A DNA stretch of 63,805 nt, the filler included, from Dirinaria sp. TL-2023a (Eukaryota): assembly GCA_051941275.1 (NCBI GenBank). It is 3 parts of 3 records of this genome, joined end to end, with 100 filler letters (N's around TTAATTAATTAA, not from the genome) between each part and the next. Parts side by side here need not be neighbours in the genome. Positions count along the whole stretch, not along the records: positions 42,647 to 63,805 come from JAVEBF010000266.1; 2 more parts are not named here. One strand, 5' to 3'. This document shows, piece by piece, positions 49,786 to 63,805 of the stretch (its first letter is position 1; every line of letters starts with the position of its first letter). The translations under genes were made by a program, and so were the position numbers. The notes beneath the pieces were generated by a model. It did not search any database and was not told the DNA's origin. It saw only the letters and a list, made by a program, of their open reading frames with translations.

Positions 49786-51313
49786 GATGGTGAAGAAGAG
49801 CTGAAAATGGAAGTCGCTGTCTCTTTGCAAAGTAGTTGATGAGCTGTACGAGCTATTTTTTGGAGTACCGCTGAGACAGAGTAGATTCCAAAAAGCGATA
49901 TCTCGTTCCCTACCGACCGGATAAGATGTTTCTCATGAAAGCCGAGCAGAGGTAAAGATGAAAGATGTTCCAAAGAAAGTCGATCAGTCGAAACAGCCGG
50001 GGCTTCTTCTCCAAGGGTGCAGCTAGCTGTACGAGATAGACGTTGCCGACGGGAATTTTGAGTGAAAAGCAAGATGAAACCGGGAAATTGCCACCAGGGC
50101 CAACCAGAGAGGACAGCGTCGGTACAACAATTCGAACAAGAGATAGCGATATATATCAAGGGCAGTCGAGAGCAAGATGACACAGAATCAAAAAAGAAGA
50201 AAAGAGAGAGAGAAACTTCCACGAGCAAATATATACATCGAGACCTGGGACTAGCAACGCCAGCACGAACGGGATTCCTATTGTCAAAATCTTTGCTATT
50301 GTGATTATTTCTCTATAGGGTGGAGGCCTGTTATTTTTGCGGAGTTTTCTATTGTTCAAATATATGTTTCATGCTGGCTAGTGCGGATGGAGACCCACTT
50401 ATCTAGGAATCTTAGTGTTGTTGATTTTCATTGTTGTGGAATATTCACCTCTGTTTCAGGTGAGATGGGTGGTATGACCGGGTTATTGATTCGCTCTTTA
50501 TTACCAATTGATTTGAATTGGATTGAATTGGATGACAGTTCTACGATTAGGGAATAGGAAAGGAGTACTCATACCTTGGCGGGAGGGCTATTTATGTCGA
50601 TGAGTACGAACTTGGAAGTTGTGTGAAGTTCATTTTTAGGTTAAGGTTTGAGAAAATGTCCAATGACAACACTATAGCTGAGCAGGAGGACGACGACGAT
50701 GCGGCGCTGAATCAATAATAACATAAAGGCAAGATAACTATCACTGCAATTCCGAGAGTCGAAGCAAGCGAGCAAACATCTTGGAAATTTGCGGAACTGG
50801 CAATAAATGTGAGCCTTGATCTGCTTGCAATACATGTTTTGGGCCATGATCCGCCTAACCCAGTTCGATAATTTTCCTCTCATGTCTTCAGTATCGTTTA
50901 CATTTTGCTTCGAGAGCATTTTAATGAGGCTCAGGGAGTCGTTGCTGCTGCTGCTGCGGTGGCGGCGGCGGTCTTTCTTTTCTTTGGCCAGCATCAAACC
51001 GCCGGAGAGTCGTTTTCAATGTGCATGCTGGCGCTGGCGATGTTTACGGGAAACCGAACATTGCCACACGGGGAGATTGGCAGAGTGACCTGCGAAGATC
51101 CAAGGGCGAGTCATGATGAGATCTAATCTTCAGCTAGGACAAGTGTAAACGAGACGCAACGGGATATTGCAGCGGCATCTCGACTGCTGCAGGAGCCAGT
51201 AGACCGATGATCGAGGCTGTAAGGGTGGCAGTTTCTCCCCTCTTTCTCGATTACCACGAGCCATGGTATCTTCATGTTTACCCGCAGAACCAATTTACTT
51301 TAATATTGTGACC

Positions 51314-52385
51314 CTAGGCATTCGTAACACCCGCCCCCGTAGGTATGATTCTGATCTGCAAGCTCGCTTCATGGGTGCCGCCTTTCTCTATCAAGCCCCA
51401 TCCCTCTTTCCACACATCTCTCTGAGCCCACTGCCGGAGGATTATCAGCAGACCCAAAACCACGTCCTCCACAAACATGGGGGAAGGGTACAGAGCCGCG
51501 TCGTAGAACTGAAGCGTCATCTGCACTGTACCGCGCAGATCGTTTGCTGACCAGATCCGGGATGGAGGGAGCAGGTCGCGAATTTTTCGGAATCGATCGT
51601 ACACGAAGCACCGAGAGATGATGGAGTGGAATGCTCCGAGCCAAACCTTGTCCGGGATGAGCTGGCCTGCCGCAACAATTTCTACCGGCTGGCAGAGTCC
51701 CTTCGTATCTTTGCAGATGGGATTGAAGTTTGCAATGCCTTCACCAGTGCTCCCCGTGATTGTGCTGTCGTTGCCATTAGTGGCATTGGATATCGTGATA
51801 TTCTCATTCGCAGGTGGATCAGATGGAGGACTATCAGTGATCATAATTATACCAACATATTCTGATGAAATCCGATCCACGATACGTGCTGTCACAACGG
51901 ACGGCCAGAAGGACTGCTCTTGCAAGTGTGATGCGATAACGACAAGACCGAATTCCATCTTTATGAGCGTCAGAGCTTGACGACTGAAAGGAACCGCTGA
52001 TACAGTGATGTCGATGTTGGGAAAGGCTGATCCGTGGTAGCTTGCTGAGGTTCTTGTAATTGGATTATCGTATCGTTTCCACATCTGATTGATTACAGTA
52101 TACAGGGTGTCAAGGAGTTGACCACCTTTCATTAGAGGATATCGACTCTGAAAAGAGGTCTCCACTGTGACACCAAGAATCGTCATGGGGTTCACTGGAA
52201 TCTTCAAAGGATAATAGCCTCTGTTTAGGTGAGCATAAGGCTGCCTCCGTTTGTGCCTAGCGACAGTCTCACCCCGATATAGAATTGTTGACCATCAAAT
52301 TCTGCGATGATGACGTGAGAACATCAACTGGTAGCGACAAAGCCGTGCAGGCCACGATTGGGATTGCGGCCGACAATAGATACAT
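51314..52385 (-). CDS. Secreted protein of unknown function (2 exons)
   Basis: Signal exon MYLLSAAIPIVACTALSLP..., GTGAGA donor, then a ~297-aa open exon. Confidence 0.6.
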
Positions 52386-53443
52386 GGCGCAGACAGAACG
52401 GTAAACAGAAGGCTACTCATGGTAGTTGGTTGAGTCGATCAGCTGGCAAGTTTTGTTCAGGCTCAAATTATCCGACCTAGATAAAGTTGAACGATGATGT
52501 GCCATGATAATCACCTCAAGCTTCTCGACAAATGACGCTCATGACGTCTCGTTAGACAGTAAGATCCAGTAGATAGCTAGTGTCGCGGGTCGAGGGAATT
52601 TCCGAAGCAACGTCGCATGCGGCAGGCGCATGGAGTAGAGATAGCGCGGAGAATTTGATAAGCACCACACAAGCGACTCTGAGAAGAAACATAGCTGCCT
52701 TTGTTTATAGAGCATTGCCGTGTGAGGATGATGGAATGGCCTTCGCTCAACAATATTTAACAAGGCTGTCAGGAGAGATCAAGCCAAATTGCCCAAAGGC
52801 GTTTCCTGCAGTCCAATACAGTCTCTTGCTACCGGCTCACTGTGAAATCATGAACTGCCTTTCGAATATAGTATCACTCTCCTCACTGCGCGCTTGCTTT
52901 TGTTGGCATGCTTAAATAATCTTCCAGAAATCGCAGGAGCCGAAGATCCAGGACGTACCTCCTTGACTGGTTGATGTATGAGTACCACAATTACCACGTT
53001 ACTGCTGCTGTAGGTTTTCCAAGGAATGTAAGAGGGTGGAGGATGATGATTAAATGCGGAGAGGCAAAGCGAAAGTTGTCTTCAATCGCAAGGCGTAAGT
53101 GGTGCTTGATATTTTTCTCCAGACCTAGGCTTTTAGGAGTTTCTTTGTCCAAAGAGTGAGCCACAGGAATACAGGGCCGTGAGAAAAATTGCGCTCACTT
53201 TTACTCTTTCTGTTCCAAAGCTTTGAAAAGACCGCGAAAACCAGCGACAAAGACACGGTGACCGTTCGCAACCGCATGGTCTCCCAGTATCCGACACTAG
53301 TACATGCATGTGAGGTATGCCAACCCCTTGTTATATGTGACAGCTAAATGCTGAGCAACGATGATATGGTAACAAGACCTACAGGAATCCAGAAATGTAT
53401 CCATTGGGCTGCCAGTCGGCAGCCACCGAGTATTTTCCGGGGT

Positions 53444-55177
53444 TCAACTCTTTCTTGTCGCCGACCACGCCCCAATGAATGCGAAACAGATCCCTGTAGC
53501 CAAAATCATGGGAACTGCAATCTGCCAGAAATCGAATAGGGTGGCAGTAGCGCCAGGAGTGAGCTCCTGAACATTCATACCATAAAAACTAGTCAATAAG
53601 CTCGTCGGTGCGACTATGCCCGCGACCGCAGCAAGGAACAATCCAATCTTTGCGAACTGATCAGCGACCAGTCGTCCCTGATCCAGTCGCTCGTTGATCT
53701 GCGTGGCACTGCATGAGACAATCTAGTCCAAATCAGAATCAACCTTCGACAGCGATTTTTGACGCTACACTTACTAATTGTACCAAAGTATCGAACTGCC
53801 TCAGATATGCCTTACAGAGTCGTTGCTCATGTTCGATTTTCCGTTGAGCCCTTGATGCTTCCAAGTTCGCAGATCGAACGATGTGTTCAGAGAGGCACGG
53901 AAGCGGCGGCGAAGATGAATGGCATGATGTTTCTATCGGGAATTCTTGCCGTACTGAGATAAAGAACGTGGCAAATTCTTCTAGGCTTGACAGATACCTG
54001 TCAATGCGGGCGAGTCTGTTGGATTGCTCAAGAACCATGGGTATGTCACTGAGCTGGGGACTACATGCGAACTAAACACTGTTAAGATCGTTGAGAATCG
54101 ACGCACGAGAGAAACTTGCCTTTGACGAGGACTCGATCGGGTCAAAAAGCTCAAATGCAAAGTCTAGTTGCTCTGCCATCGTTCTCAAAAATGTGAACGC
54201 AAGCACCCACGCACAGCCAAGAGACTGCCGTCCCATTGGGTGATCTTCAATGAGGCGCTCGGTAAAGACGTTACTTATTTCGTCTGCGAGTCGGAATGGC
54301 CCTAAGAAATTCGTAATCAACGTGCCTACAAAACTTCAGCGTTAAGAACGGTCTCCATTTGTACGAGTCAGCTATCCTATACCTGCACACTCTGTGGTTG
54401 GTAGACAGATAACCATTCGTAACCGCAGTTGCCGCAAGGAAGCCCAAATCGGAGATCGTTTTCCAACAAACCATAGCTGAGCTTGTAGCCAGATGACTGT
54501 CCTATCAGTGAGTCTTCCTAATGGAGTCTGGAGATTGACAAACATTTGCTACTTTTTGGTGCTGTGGTGGGACCACCAAGCATTTGCTTGGAAAGGTTTT
54601 CCAGCCCTAGGCAGTTGTGATTTCCAAGATGTGAGGCTCTGATTTCCTTCGTTGCGTCAGCTAAATGCCCGTTGTATCCAGATTTTCTCTCCTCTTCCTT
54701 TTTATGTAGTGCTCATTCGACTCACATCAATAATAGGTCTAGACCATCCCATCACATTGCTAAAATATATTCAGATGTGTTGCTAAAGGGGTGAGAAATG
54801 CAGAATATTACATCCATCGTGTTCGCATCGCATCGCGGGCCTTCGCAAATCAATTAGGTTCCATCACAGCAACAAAAACAGGATACCGAGTTACTTACAT
54901 CAAGACACTCTCTAAGCTTGTTTGGACTGCTTATCGTGGTTCTTGCCGGTGTACCATCACCTGCGTCTTGGTCGGCAGGTTCAGCCGCTTTTCGGAAAGG
55001 TAGATCATCATGAACATGTACGGTGCAGTCCTGCGTCTGCTGGTAAAAGTTGTCTTCCAGGCTTGAACGTAAAGAACTAAGGCCAGAGTCTCCATGGTCA
55101 GAATCTCGAAACGGCGCAGCGTGCGTCAGAGAGGCAAGTTCCACGTCGTCATCGTTGCGTAGTTGATTGTTCTCCAT
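53444..55177 (-). CDS. CorA-like Mg2+ transporter domain protein (multi-exon; limits approximate)
   Basis: C-terminal TM pair FLAAVAGIVAPTSLLTSFYGMNVQEL...FWQIAVPMIL with the GMN signature; upstream helical exons. Confidence 0.65.
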
Positions 55178-55831
55178 ACCCAACTCAATCAGACCGAAGA
55201 TACTATGGGGAGAAAAAGTTTACTTGAGGATCGTTCATAAAGGAGATTTGTCCTTCCATCAAATGGTCCAGAACCATCTTTTCGAAGGAGGCTCTGTAAG
55301 GCTGAAATCTTTTTTTAGAACCTCCTGCCGCTCGGGTTTTAATGAGACTCGAATCCGGGGGGTGCCCAGCAAAGATGCCTGATAGGCTTCTCAGTTTAGT
55401 CGAGCTCAGGCAGGTCAATGCAAGTAGACATGGGTCCACACCCGCTCAGAGGGTATTCAGCGCGAACACCTGTGCTCGGTTTCGCAGCCGATTGCTTAAG
55501 TATACCTCACAGCATTGAGCTTGGGGATCTGTAGCACTCCGAAAAATGTCGGAGAATATGGTGCTCATTACGGCACGATGCGCTCCATCTAGAGGATCCA
55601 TACTGAACAGATTCGAAGCATGTAGATCGTTCAACATATCCACTTAGTCATTCCAGTGCATCGCAAATCGAACAGGAATGCTTTCGCCTTACACGCAGAG
55701 CACGCATGACTCTTCAGCAGTCCTCACCAGTGGTGTGGCCTTATTGTCCTTCAGCAGCATCTTCACTCTCATCCAAAATGTTCTTTAGAGCGAGAGAATT
55801 ATTTAAAATATATCTCCTATATTTAGGCCCA

Positions 55832-57579
55832 TCAAACCTGCAGCTTTGCCCGAAGATCATTGAAGCGTTGAATACAACATGGCGCTAACGCAAGCAATCC
55901 ACTTGCCATGGTCATACCTCCAGCATAAGCCACCAAAGGCTGTTGGATGGAATCAACAGGATGAGACAAAATAGAGTGATTTTTGCTGGACGTACCCTGT
56001 ATTTTCCAATGGCATAGGCCCGGATAGTTATCTCTGGTGAGAGTTTAAGCAACGCAGTGCCAACAGGACCGACCGACAAGATTGCGACTCCATCAAAGAA
56101 ACTGAAAACACTGTGAATTGCTGTGAACAGCTCGTTACTTCCGGCTGAGATTTCGGAATAGTATGCGAAAAGGCAGTTACGGAACCCTGGAAATTAGCTC
56201 AGTCTTGACCAATGCTCACAACAGTCATACGGTAGCTTACCTCCACTCGTGATACCTACGCAGATGGCATATCCGAACAGGCCATGTTTTTCTTTGACGA
56301 AGCCCCAAAAGAGGAAATGCAAGAGTGACGTAGACACAGCAGAAGCGCCCATCATCGAAGGGTAGAAGCCACTGTCACTGAAGCGTCCGAACAAAAACGG
56401 CCCCAGCATGTTGCCTAAGAAAACCAATGATAAAGCTAGGGCGCGATCGGCGCTTCCTAATATAAGATCTGCTGCAAATTTAGTGATGAACATCATTGGT
56501 ACGTTTGTCACAGCCGCGAACAGAACAGCTATGAGCAGATAGAATGGCAAGCTCGGAGTACGAAGTGCTGCTAACTTGGACCTTGGCTGCTCGATAGGCT
56601 TCAACTGCACGATCGATACTGGGTAGCGGCCTCGAAAGAGAACCACAGACGGCAGAAGGAGCGCGAGCATTGGTGCGATCAGAACCCGCAGTGTCTTCTG
56701 ATAGCCATGCTTGTCAAGCAGCCACTGGCAGATTAACGGGAAAGTCAGACCCCCAAATCTGAACCCAAACCAAATCAGGCCCATTGCTTGGCCTCGTTTC
56801 TGATCAAACCATTCCGAAAAAACAGAGACATGCACGAAGTTGAGCAATATACCACCTAGACCAAAAAGAATGCCTTGTGTTGCCACGATCTGTAATGCCG
56901 TGTGTGCAAAACTAGCAGAAATCATAGCCGAAGTTATAATTATGATTCCTGCTGCCACTATAGCTTGACGATGTTTTGCAGACTTTGGTAGAAATTGGAA
57001 CAGTAAGCCTTCTTGGATATTTTGCAGACCAGGAGCCAACAATGGCAATATCATAGAATCGGAGAGCTGGGCCGTTTCTCGAGAGGAAAGGTAGCTTTGA
57101 AAGATTGGAAAGGACTGTGGAAATCCTGGGAAGCGTAAATAATCAGCGCATGAGTTCTTCAGCAAAAGAAGTTTTAAGGAATCGCTACGCATCATACCCC
57201 ATACAACGATATACATTGCGAAGGCGCTTGCAACATAGCTCCAAGCACCGAAACCCTTGTCAACAGGCTGCAGATAATATGTATTTGCGGCGTCGTCATG
57301 ATCACCTAGCTCTAAGGATTTGACTGGTTCAGTGTTATCCGATCGCGACGGGGATGGCGAAACGCGATCAGGCACAGCTCTCGGATTCAGTCTCGGCTGG
57401 ATTGTGGTTGCAGACCCGCCTACGGCAGATCGCTGTGACTGCTCGTTCGGAGAAATGCTCGCTTGTTGAATGGGCTGATTGGAGTTCGGACTACCTGATC
57501 TCTGCCCCAAAGCACTATCCAAGACCTGTGCTGCGGTTGCTTCTGGTTTAGCGAGATCAACCTCGAGGGCGCTGTCCAT
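55832..57579 (-). CDS. MFS transporter, monocarboxylate (MCH)-like
   Basis: VDKGFGAWSYVASAFAMYIVVWG, TQGILFGLGG, SEWFDQKRGQAMG and FGRFSD; multiple TM helices; introns. Confidence 0.85.
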
Positions 57580-58728
57580 TGCGGGCGCAACTAGTCGAGA
57601 AGAAAATAAGGGGATGACATGGAAGCTAAGAAGCACAATGGCCACTCATGCCAGAGAGCAGGGGATCTCATGCACATGAAGTATTCTTTGGTTGAAAATC
57701 TGCTATTATTCGGCAAGTAGTAAGGCGGTATTAAGGCGGTGCTTTACCCCCTTTCCGCGGTTCTGGCCCCTGCGCTCCACCCATGTTGTCGGGTCTCAAC
57801 CTATCAAATCGAGCGAATGATCCCTGCGCAGTCCATCTTTCAAAACTGTGACATGTAACAAGCTGAAGCGCAATAGGGCTTGCATTCGTCGTTCCGTCCT
57901 TGCCATGAGAAAGGGGAGTGCTGTACTCCTGCTATTTATAATGAATAGAACTATTATGAATAGAACTATTTATTAACCGGCGCGTAATTAAGGTAAGGTA
58001 GTCGCTGTCACTATTACAGCGACTAGGGAAGCGCAGGTTATAGGGTCCATAGCCAGCCGCCGCGATCAACGCTGAAAGCACTCCCTGACTCCTCATCAGT
58101 CTAGAAGACTTTTAACATCGATATATATATTGCTTGTCATCTACTTGATTGAGCAACAAGTTTAATTACAATGCCGCTGTGAGCTCCGGAGGACTGGAAG
58201 CCAAGGCTAAAACATTTCGTCATGCCTTCACTTGGCTGCACATCCACCTTGAGGCCCATACACCATTCCCATACATACACAAACGCTGATCTCCCAGACA
58301 TCCCAAAATATCGGCGTGAGTCCGTGGTTGAGCATGTCTTACAATATTTCAATCAGGAGCTACGAAAAAAGAGACAAAGGTTCAATGTAAATGCAAATTC
58401 AATAGGGAAAACTCGATTACCTCATAGACCTAGACTTTTCGATGCTGACTATTCGTCTACCGACTTTGGTAGCCGCAAATGGAGTGAGGGGCAGGATCAA
58501 AAAAGAATGTTAAAGACAAGCCGGCGATTTTTCTATTATGTACTGTAAATCCGAACCTAAGGTATGGTTACCTTCCCGAGGTAAGATACATGCCTGGTAA
58601 GTTTCGTCTACCTTGGTCTCTGCATTTGCCCCGCCTATTCAGGTACATCATGCAGGCATCACCTCACTGCTGTGCCGCGCTTTCTGCACGATGTTGCCCA
58701 TGAGCCACAACATGATAAACATCCAAGA

Positions 58729-60890
58729 ATGGCATCAAAATACTTTCGAGCCACTTTTCCGTTAGCAAATTCCCATACGATGTCTTCGAAGGGCCCAGGA
58801 AGGAGTCTCTCACAGCAAGGTATACCAGAGGACTTCCGGATCCCCACGCTGAATTCTTTGGACCTATACGAGGTCACTGTGGATACGCTACAGTGCATTA
58901 TGTCTGAGGGTAACATGACATCTGTCGATTATGTGACGCATTGTCTTGAGCGTATACGTAAAGTTTGTCTCTCTCTTTTTCTCGTTAAAGCTAATTATTC
59001 AACATTGAAGAAGCTCACTAGAGTCGAGGAGCCGTCAGGTAAATCAATATCTTGAAGCGGTGATTGAGGTGAACCCAGATGCCTTAGCTATCGCAGCGAA
59101 GTTGGATGAAGAACGTCAAGCGGGCCATGTTAGAAGCATACTTCATGGCATTCCTGTCTTGGTCAAAGATGTGTGTGACCCGACTGCGACAGATGTCACA
59201 AGTCTAATAGCGGAAGAACATGGCCACCAAAGACAAGATGCAAACGACTGCTGGCTCATGGGCTCTATTAGGCAGCAAAGTCCCAAAGGATGCTTATGTG
59301 GTGTCTCGTCTTCGTGATGCAGGAGCTGTCATTCTGGGCCATGCCAATATGAGCGAGTGGGCTTCTGTACGATCGACTAAATACTCCACCGGTTACTCTC
59401 CTCGAGGAGGGCAAACCCGCAACCCTTTTGATCTTTCTCAATCACCATGTAGGATTCCAGCGTTTGCAATGCCAGAGATAGTTATCTTACTCATGTGTCC
59501 CTCAGTTGGCTCGAGCTCTGGATCTGCTGTAGCCGTTTCTGCAAATATTGTAAGAGGACCCTCAATGCTACATCTCACATGCTGGCGATTGTCGCCAAGT
59601 ATAGGCTCAGCAGAATGTCCACATTTTTAGACCTAAGTAAGGCCTTGTGCTAATATTGATCATCTCAGGTACCTATTTCTTTTGGAACAGAAACCGATAC
59701 ATCGATAATTGGACCTGCGGGTGTCAACGGCATCGTTGGTATCAAGCCAACTGTTGGGCTTACTTCAAGGACCGGTGTTATTCCCATAAGCAGGAACATA
59801 GATACTGTAGGCGCGTTTGGGCGGACTGTTGCTGATGCTGTGGCTGGGCTCAGCGGAATAGTTGGCCCAGACGAGGAAGACTTACTTACAGTTACTGAGT
59901 CAAGGAAAGATAAGGAGAAGGAGGCTCATTCGAAGTTTCTAGCAACTAGTGCCGCCTTGAAAGGAGCGAAATTCGGATTGCCATGGGCGCGTTGCTGGGA
60001 CTCAGTGGCTCAGCCGCGAAAGGATGTCGCTTTGCGAATCTTCGAGGCAATCGAGAATGCCGGAGCTGAGATCCTTCGTACAGAGTTCCCTTGCGCTGAG
60101 GATCGCATTGCACCCGATGGCAGCTGGGATTGGTGAGCTCGTCCAAATCTACCAGATCCAGCCTAGCTGAACGAAGCAGGAAGCGCGGTGGACCAGCCGA
60201 GTCGGAATTCACTGTAGTGAAAGTAGACGCGTACAATGACATCAACGCTTACCTATCAAAGCTCTCGAAAACTCCAATACGGAAGATAGAAGACATTGTC
60301 GCATTCAACACAAGGAACGCTGGTACAGAAGGCCCTGACCCGGGAGATATACCAGCGTTTCCCTCCGGACAGGTACTTGTACGGCGCCACTGTGCTCAAG
60401 GACCCGCAGCTAATAAAGTAGGATAACCTCCAAGAAATTGTCAGATGTGGTGGTTTAAAGGACGAGACATACTGGAAAGCTTTGGGGTACATTCAACATC
60501 AATCCCGTGCTCAAGGTATCGATGCCGCATTAAATTTCAACACCGAAGGCGGTAACATAACCGAATTCGATGCTCTGCTGCTCTGCGACCGCAAAGGCGC
60601 AGGCCAACAGCTGGCCGCACAGGCTGGTACGCGCTCACTTCTTGCCCTCATTCTTATTGCGTTGTCTAACCAGGCTCAAAGGGTACCCTATTATCAGTAT
60701 ACCCATAGGCACCGATTCTTCAGGCTATCCGGTCAGCCTTTCGCTGCAGCACAAGGCATGGCAGGAAGGGACGCTGATAAAATGGGCAAGCGCTATTGAA
60801 GATCTTGTACACCACATGTATGGCTGGCGGCCGACTCCAACGTATAAGATGCATCAGTCGAAAAACATTCCTCTTGACCCACTTCCTTGA
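58729..60890 (+). CDS. Amidase signature family protein (multi-exon)
   Basis: LHGIPVLVKD, TTAGSWAL, ILGHANMSEWA, GGQTRNPF, GSSSGSAVAV, GTETDTSIIGPA and GIKPTVGLTSR (Lys-Ser-Ser triad motifs). Confidence 0.9.
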
Positions 60891-62129
60891 TACGGGGAGT
60901 TGCATGCCAAGATGCATCTTTACTACCGACTATTTCTAAATGCTGCACAGTCACAAGATGCTGTCTCACACGCGGACATGGCATGATTGAGCAGTCTCCT
61001 AGTATTATGGGTTGATGCTTGGTGAATCATTCAAGACCCATAGGTAGCTGAGGTGCCAGACGGCTGTAATCGATGTAGCTTAGTAAAGCACCTGACGAAT
61101 TTGAAGACATTGAAATGGACGATTTAGAAGAAGTGGCTGTTCTAGATTAAGTGGATGTTGAATCTAAGGGAACCCATAGGGTGTGTTGTAGTATATTATC
61201 TAGCAGGCTCTGACAGTCTCTGAATCTCACTATGCAGGTAGTAGCAGCCTCAATCAATTACTTCGACGATTCTTTCTAAACTGCTATGGCTAAAGCTCTA
61301 CCTAACTAGCGCTGACTGGATTGACCATGATTCCCTTTCCGGATCTCGTATATCCTACTGCTGCAGTGATGAGACCCTCGTCTCGATCATTTATCCAGTA
61401 GTTCAGCGTACTTCAGTGCCATCTGCTCATTGCCATCCACAAGTCATGTTTTAAGGTTCGGATGCTGTGGCTGTAAGGAATTCTGCTCATATAATATGAT
61501 GGACATTTTCCTCATATATCGATGGTTTGAGATGTTACGTAGTCGAATATGGAGTACACCGAGATGCCAAATCAAACTTGTTACCTTATGGCTCAGTGGT
61601 AAAAATGTGGTTCGAGGGTTGTCATAGGGTTGTCGCAAGCCTAGCCTCATACAGCTTTGAGCGAGAGCGATGATGAAAACGTAGCACTTTTGACCACAGC
61701 AGTGTGTAGTCTACTGCTCTTGGTAAGCTGCAGATCTTATATCTACTATATTGTTATAGTATATCCTTGTTTGTTGTCCTCGAGCATAGCAATGGCACAA
61801 ATGATTGAGATGTTACGATGAATAGTGCAAAGACATAAACCTCCATGCCTGAACCTAGTCAAATGATACGATAGATCTTGTTGTCCCCTGGTTATAACGT
61901 TTACCGTGTCATGTGGGCAACGATCTCTCAATTCCAGCTCAAATGAGGCATGGAGCTTGCGCTACCAGGATCGAGATGACGTATCACGCAATGCCAGCAC
62001 GAGAAGGCAATTGCATACGTGATTTCTAATCCGGCTCTATTATTAATAATCCCCATTCTCTATTTTCTTTCCTTCCTGATGGTTCTTGTTGACGTTGTAT
62101 ACTAAGAAGACAAAGCGTCGCCATCAGTC

Positions 62130-63408
62130 ATGGCACCTATCCGCGTTGGCATCATTGGCCTTTCAAAAAGTTCTGCAACCTCATGGGCCAGTGCTGCCCA
62201 TTTCCCATATCTCGTCGCGTCTGAAGGCAAATACGAAATCAAAGCTCTGTGCAACTCCAGCATAGAGTCTGCACAGAAAGCAATTGAAGGTTACAGCCTG
62301 CCTTCTACAACCAAAGCATACGGCAACCCTCAAGATCTTGCTAATGATCCCGATGTAAGCCCACCTTAAGACTGTCAAATTATTGGAAAACCGTGCTAAC
62401 GGCTCGAATCCAGATTGACTTGGTAGTCTGCTCCACCAGGGTTGATGTCCACTATAAGACCATCAAGCCGAACGTCGAAGCCGGGAAAGACGTCTTTGTC
62501 GAATGGCCCCTCACGTCCAACGCGCAGGACAGTGAGGAACTAGTCCACCTGGCGAACCAGAAGAAGGTCAAAACCGTGATAGGCTTGCAAGGGCGGGTAT
62601 CCCCCATCTATCTCAAAGTGAAGGAGATGATCGAAGGCGGAAAAATCGGGGAAGTCTTGAGCAGCTCCATCACCGCCAGCGGCGCTACCAAGTACCGCGA
62701 CTCAATCGGCGAAAGCCTCGCATACTTCTTCGACAGACACGTAGGAGGGAATTTGTTTACGATCTATATCGGACACTGTAAGTGTCTATATCCCCCTCCT
62801 TCCACCCTCGCCTCAAAGAGTATCCATCTAACGCGAATCTCCCTCCAGTAACCGACTCAATCTCCAGCGTGCTCGGCCCCATCAAACCCAAAACATCCAA
62901 CCTCTCCCTCCTCCGACCGGACGTCAAAATCCTCTCCTCGTCAGGCGAAACCCTTCGCACCATTAAATCCGACGTCCCCGACCGTTTCCAAATCGAGGGA
63001 TCCCTTCCCTCCTTCTCCAACGCCCCGATATCCATCTCATTCCGCCGATCCGCCCCCTTCAAAGGCACCCCAGCTTACATCTGGAGCATCGAGGGCTCGA
63101 AGGGCGAGATCAGAGTCGAAGCCGACGGCACATCGATCCACGCCTTCGAGCAGAATGCCAGGATCTTGGTGGAGGATTTCGCGAAGAGTGGCGCGGAGGC
63201 CGCGAATGTACCTTGGGATGATCCGATGGCGGATCGAGGGTTTAAAGGTCCGGCGAGGAATATTGGGTCGCTGTATGAAGCTTTTGCCGCTGCTGCTGCT
63301 GCTGAGGCGGAGGGCGAGAAGGAGAGTGCGTCGTGGCCTACGTTCGAGGATGCACTGGAGAGACATCGCTTCTTGGAGGCAGTGTGGGGGGATTGGCATG
63401 CTGCTTGA
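62130..63408 (+). CDS. Gfo/Idh/MocA (Gal80-like) NAD-binding oxidoreductase (3 exons)
   Basis: IRVGIIGLS..SWASAAHFP, DPD|IDLVV, GKDVFVEWPL, IGLQGR and WPTFEDALERHRFL. Confidence 0.88.
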
Positions 63409-63805
63409 ACGGGGAACCTTTATATATATGTCTCATATTCGATTAAAAACCCACAGTTGACGCTCACCTCACCGATACCTAGACCAATAATACTTACTCA
63501 TGCAACGACTTCCACTTCCTTAGCCCCTGCTGAGGTAACTAATCCATAATGCTCATTCATCATTAGCTGAAGAGCGTTTTTCATACCTTGCCTTACCACC
63601 TACTCAAATCGCCCCTTGCGTCCCGTTCCCCTGCAATCAGTATAAGAATCCTAGTATACCAACCACAATAACAAGATAGCTCATATTACCCCCCGTAATA
63701 CCCATTAGTAAAAAAGCAGTGAATCACGAATTAACAAAAGTTCTCCAACTGGGATATATGTATGTATCCATCGCTAAACCGTGAAAGCGTGAAAACGTAC
63801 TGTAC

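Noticed and set aside
21369..55643. Starship-type giant transposon as the explanation for the accessory tract
   Set aside because: No DUF3435 tyrosine-recombinase captain, DUF3723 gene or element boundaries are recognisable in the window, although the gaps could hide sequence.
57941..57970. 15-bp tandem duplication ATGAATAGAACTATT x2 between the MFS and amidase genes
   Set aside because: Two copies only; most likely a simple slippage duplication.
1..63805. CRISPR arrays, rRNA or tRNA genes
   Set aside because: No repeat-spacer array or recognisable structural RNA was seen by eye; tRNAscan-SE or Infernal would be needed to exclude small RNAs.

Overview
Eukaryotic DNA from a filamentous ascomycete (short GT-AG introns with CTRAC/CTAAC branch sites; possibly a lichen-forming fungus, by inference only). 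It has two 100-nt scaffold gaps carrying a TTAATTAATTAA linker. The flanks hold ordinary genes: omega-like GST, yellow/MRJP protein, secreted alpha/beta hydrolase, ferric reductase, MFS transporter, amidase and Gfo/Idh/MocA oxidoreductase. The most notable locus is a three-exon, about 1726-aa protein fusing a cellular RNAi-type RdRP (DLDGD), a BACK-like helical segment and a UPF1/ZNFX1-like SF1B helicase. It sits head-to-head (about 340 bp) with a NadR/AAA_28-type P-loop kinase. The central ~21-55 kb is a pseudogene-rich accessory tract with several proteins resembling cell-autonomous immunity factors: three Mx-like dynamin copies (one intact, two decayed), an OTT_1508-like deaminase, an ISG12/IFI27-like membrane protein and a decayed ART-like gene. 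The tract also holds a miniature LTR element and a terpene cyclase/P450 pair. Repeats and pseudogenes show a RIP-like mutation signature of CpC->TpC (GG->GA) rather than the canonical CpA->TpA.
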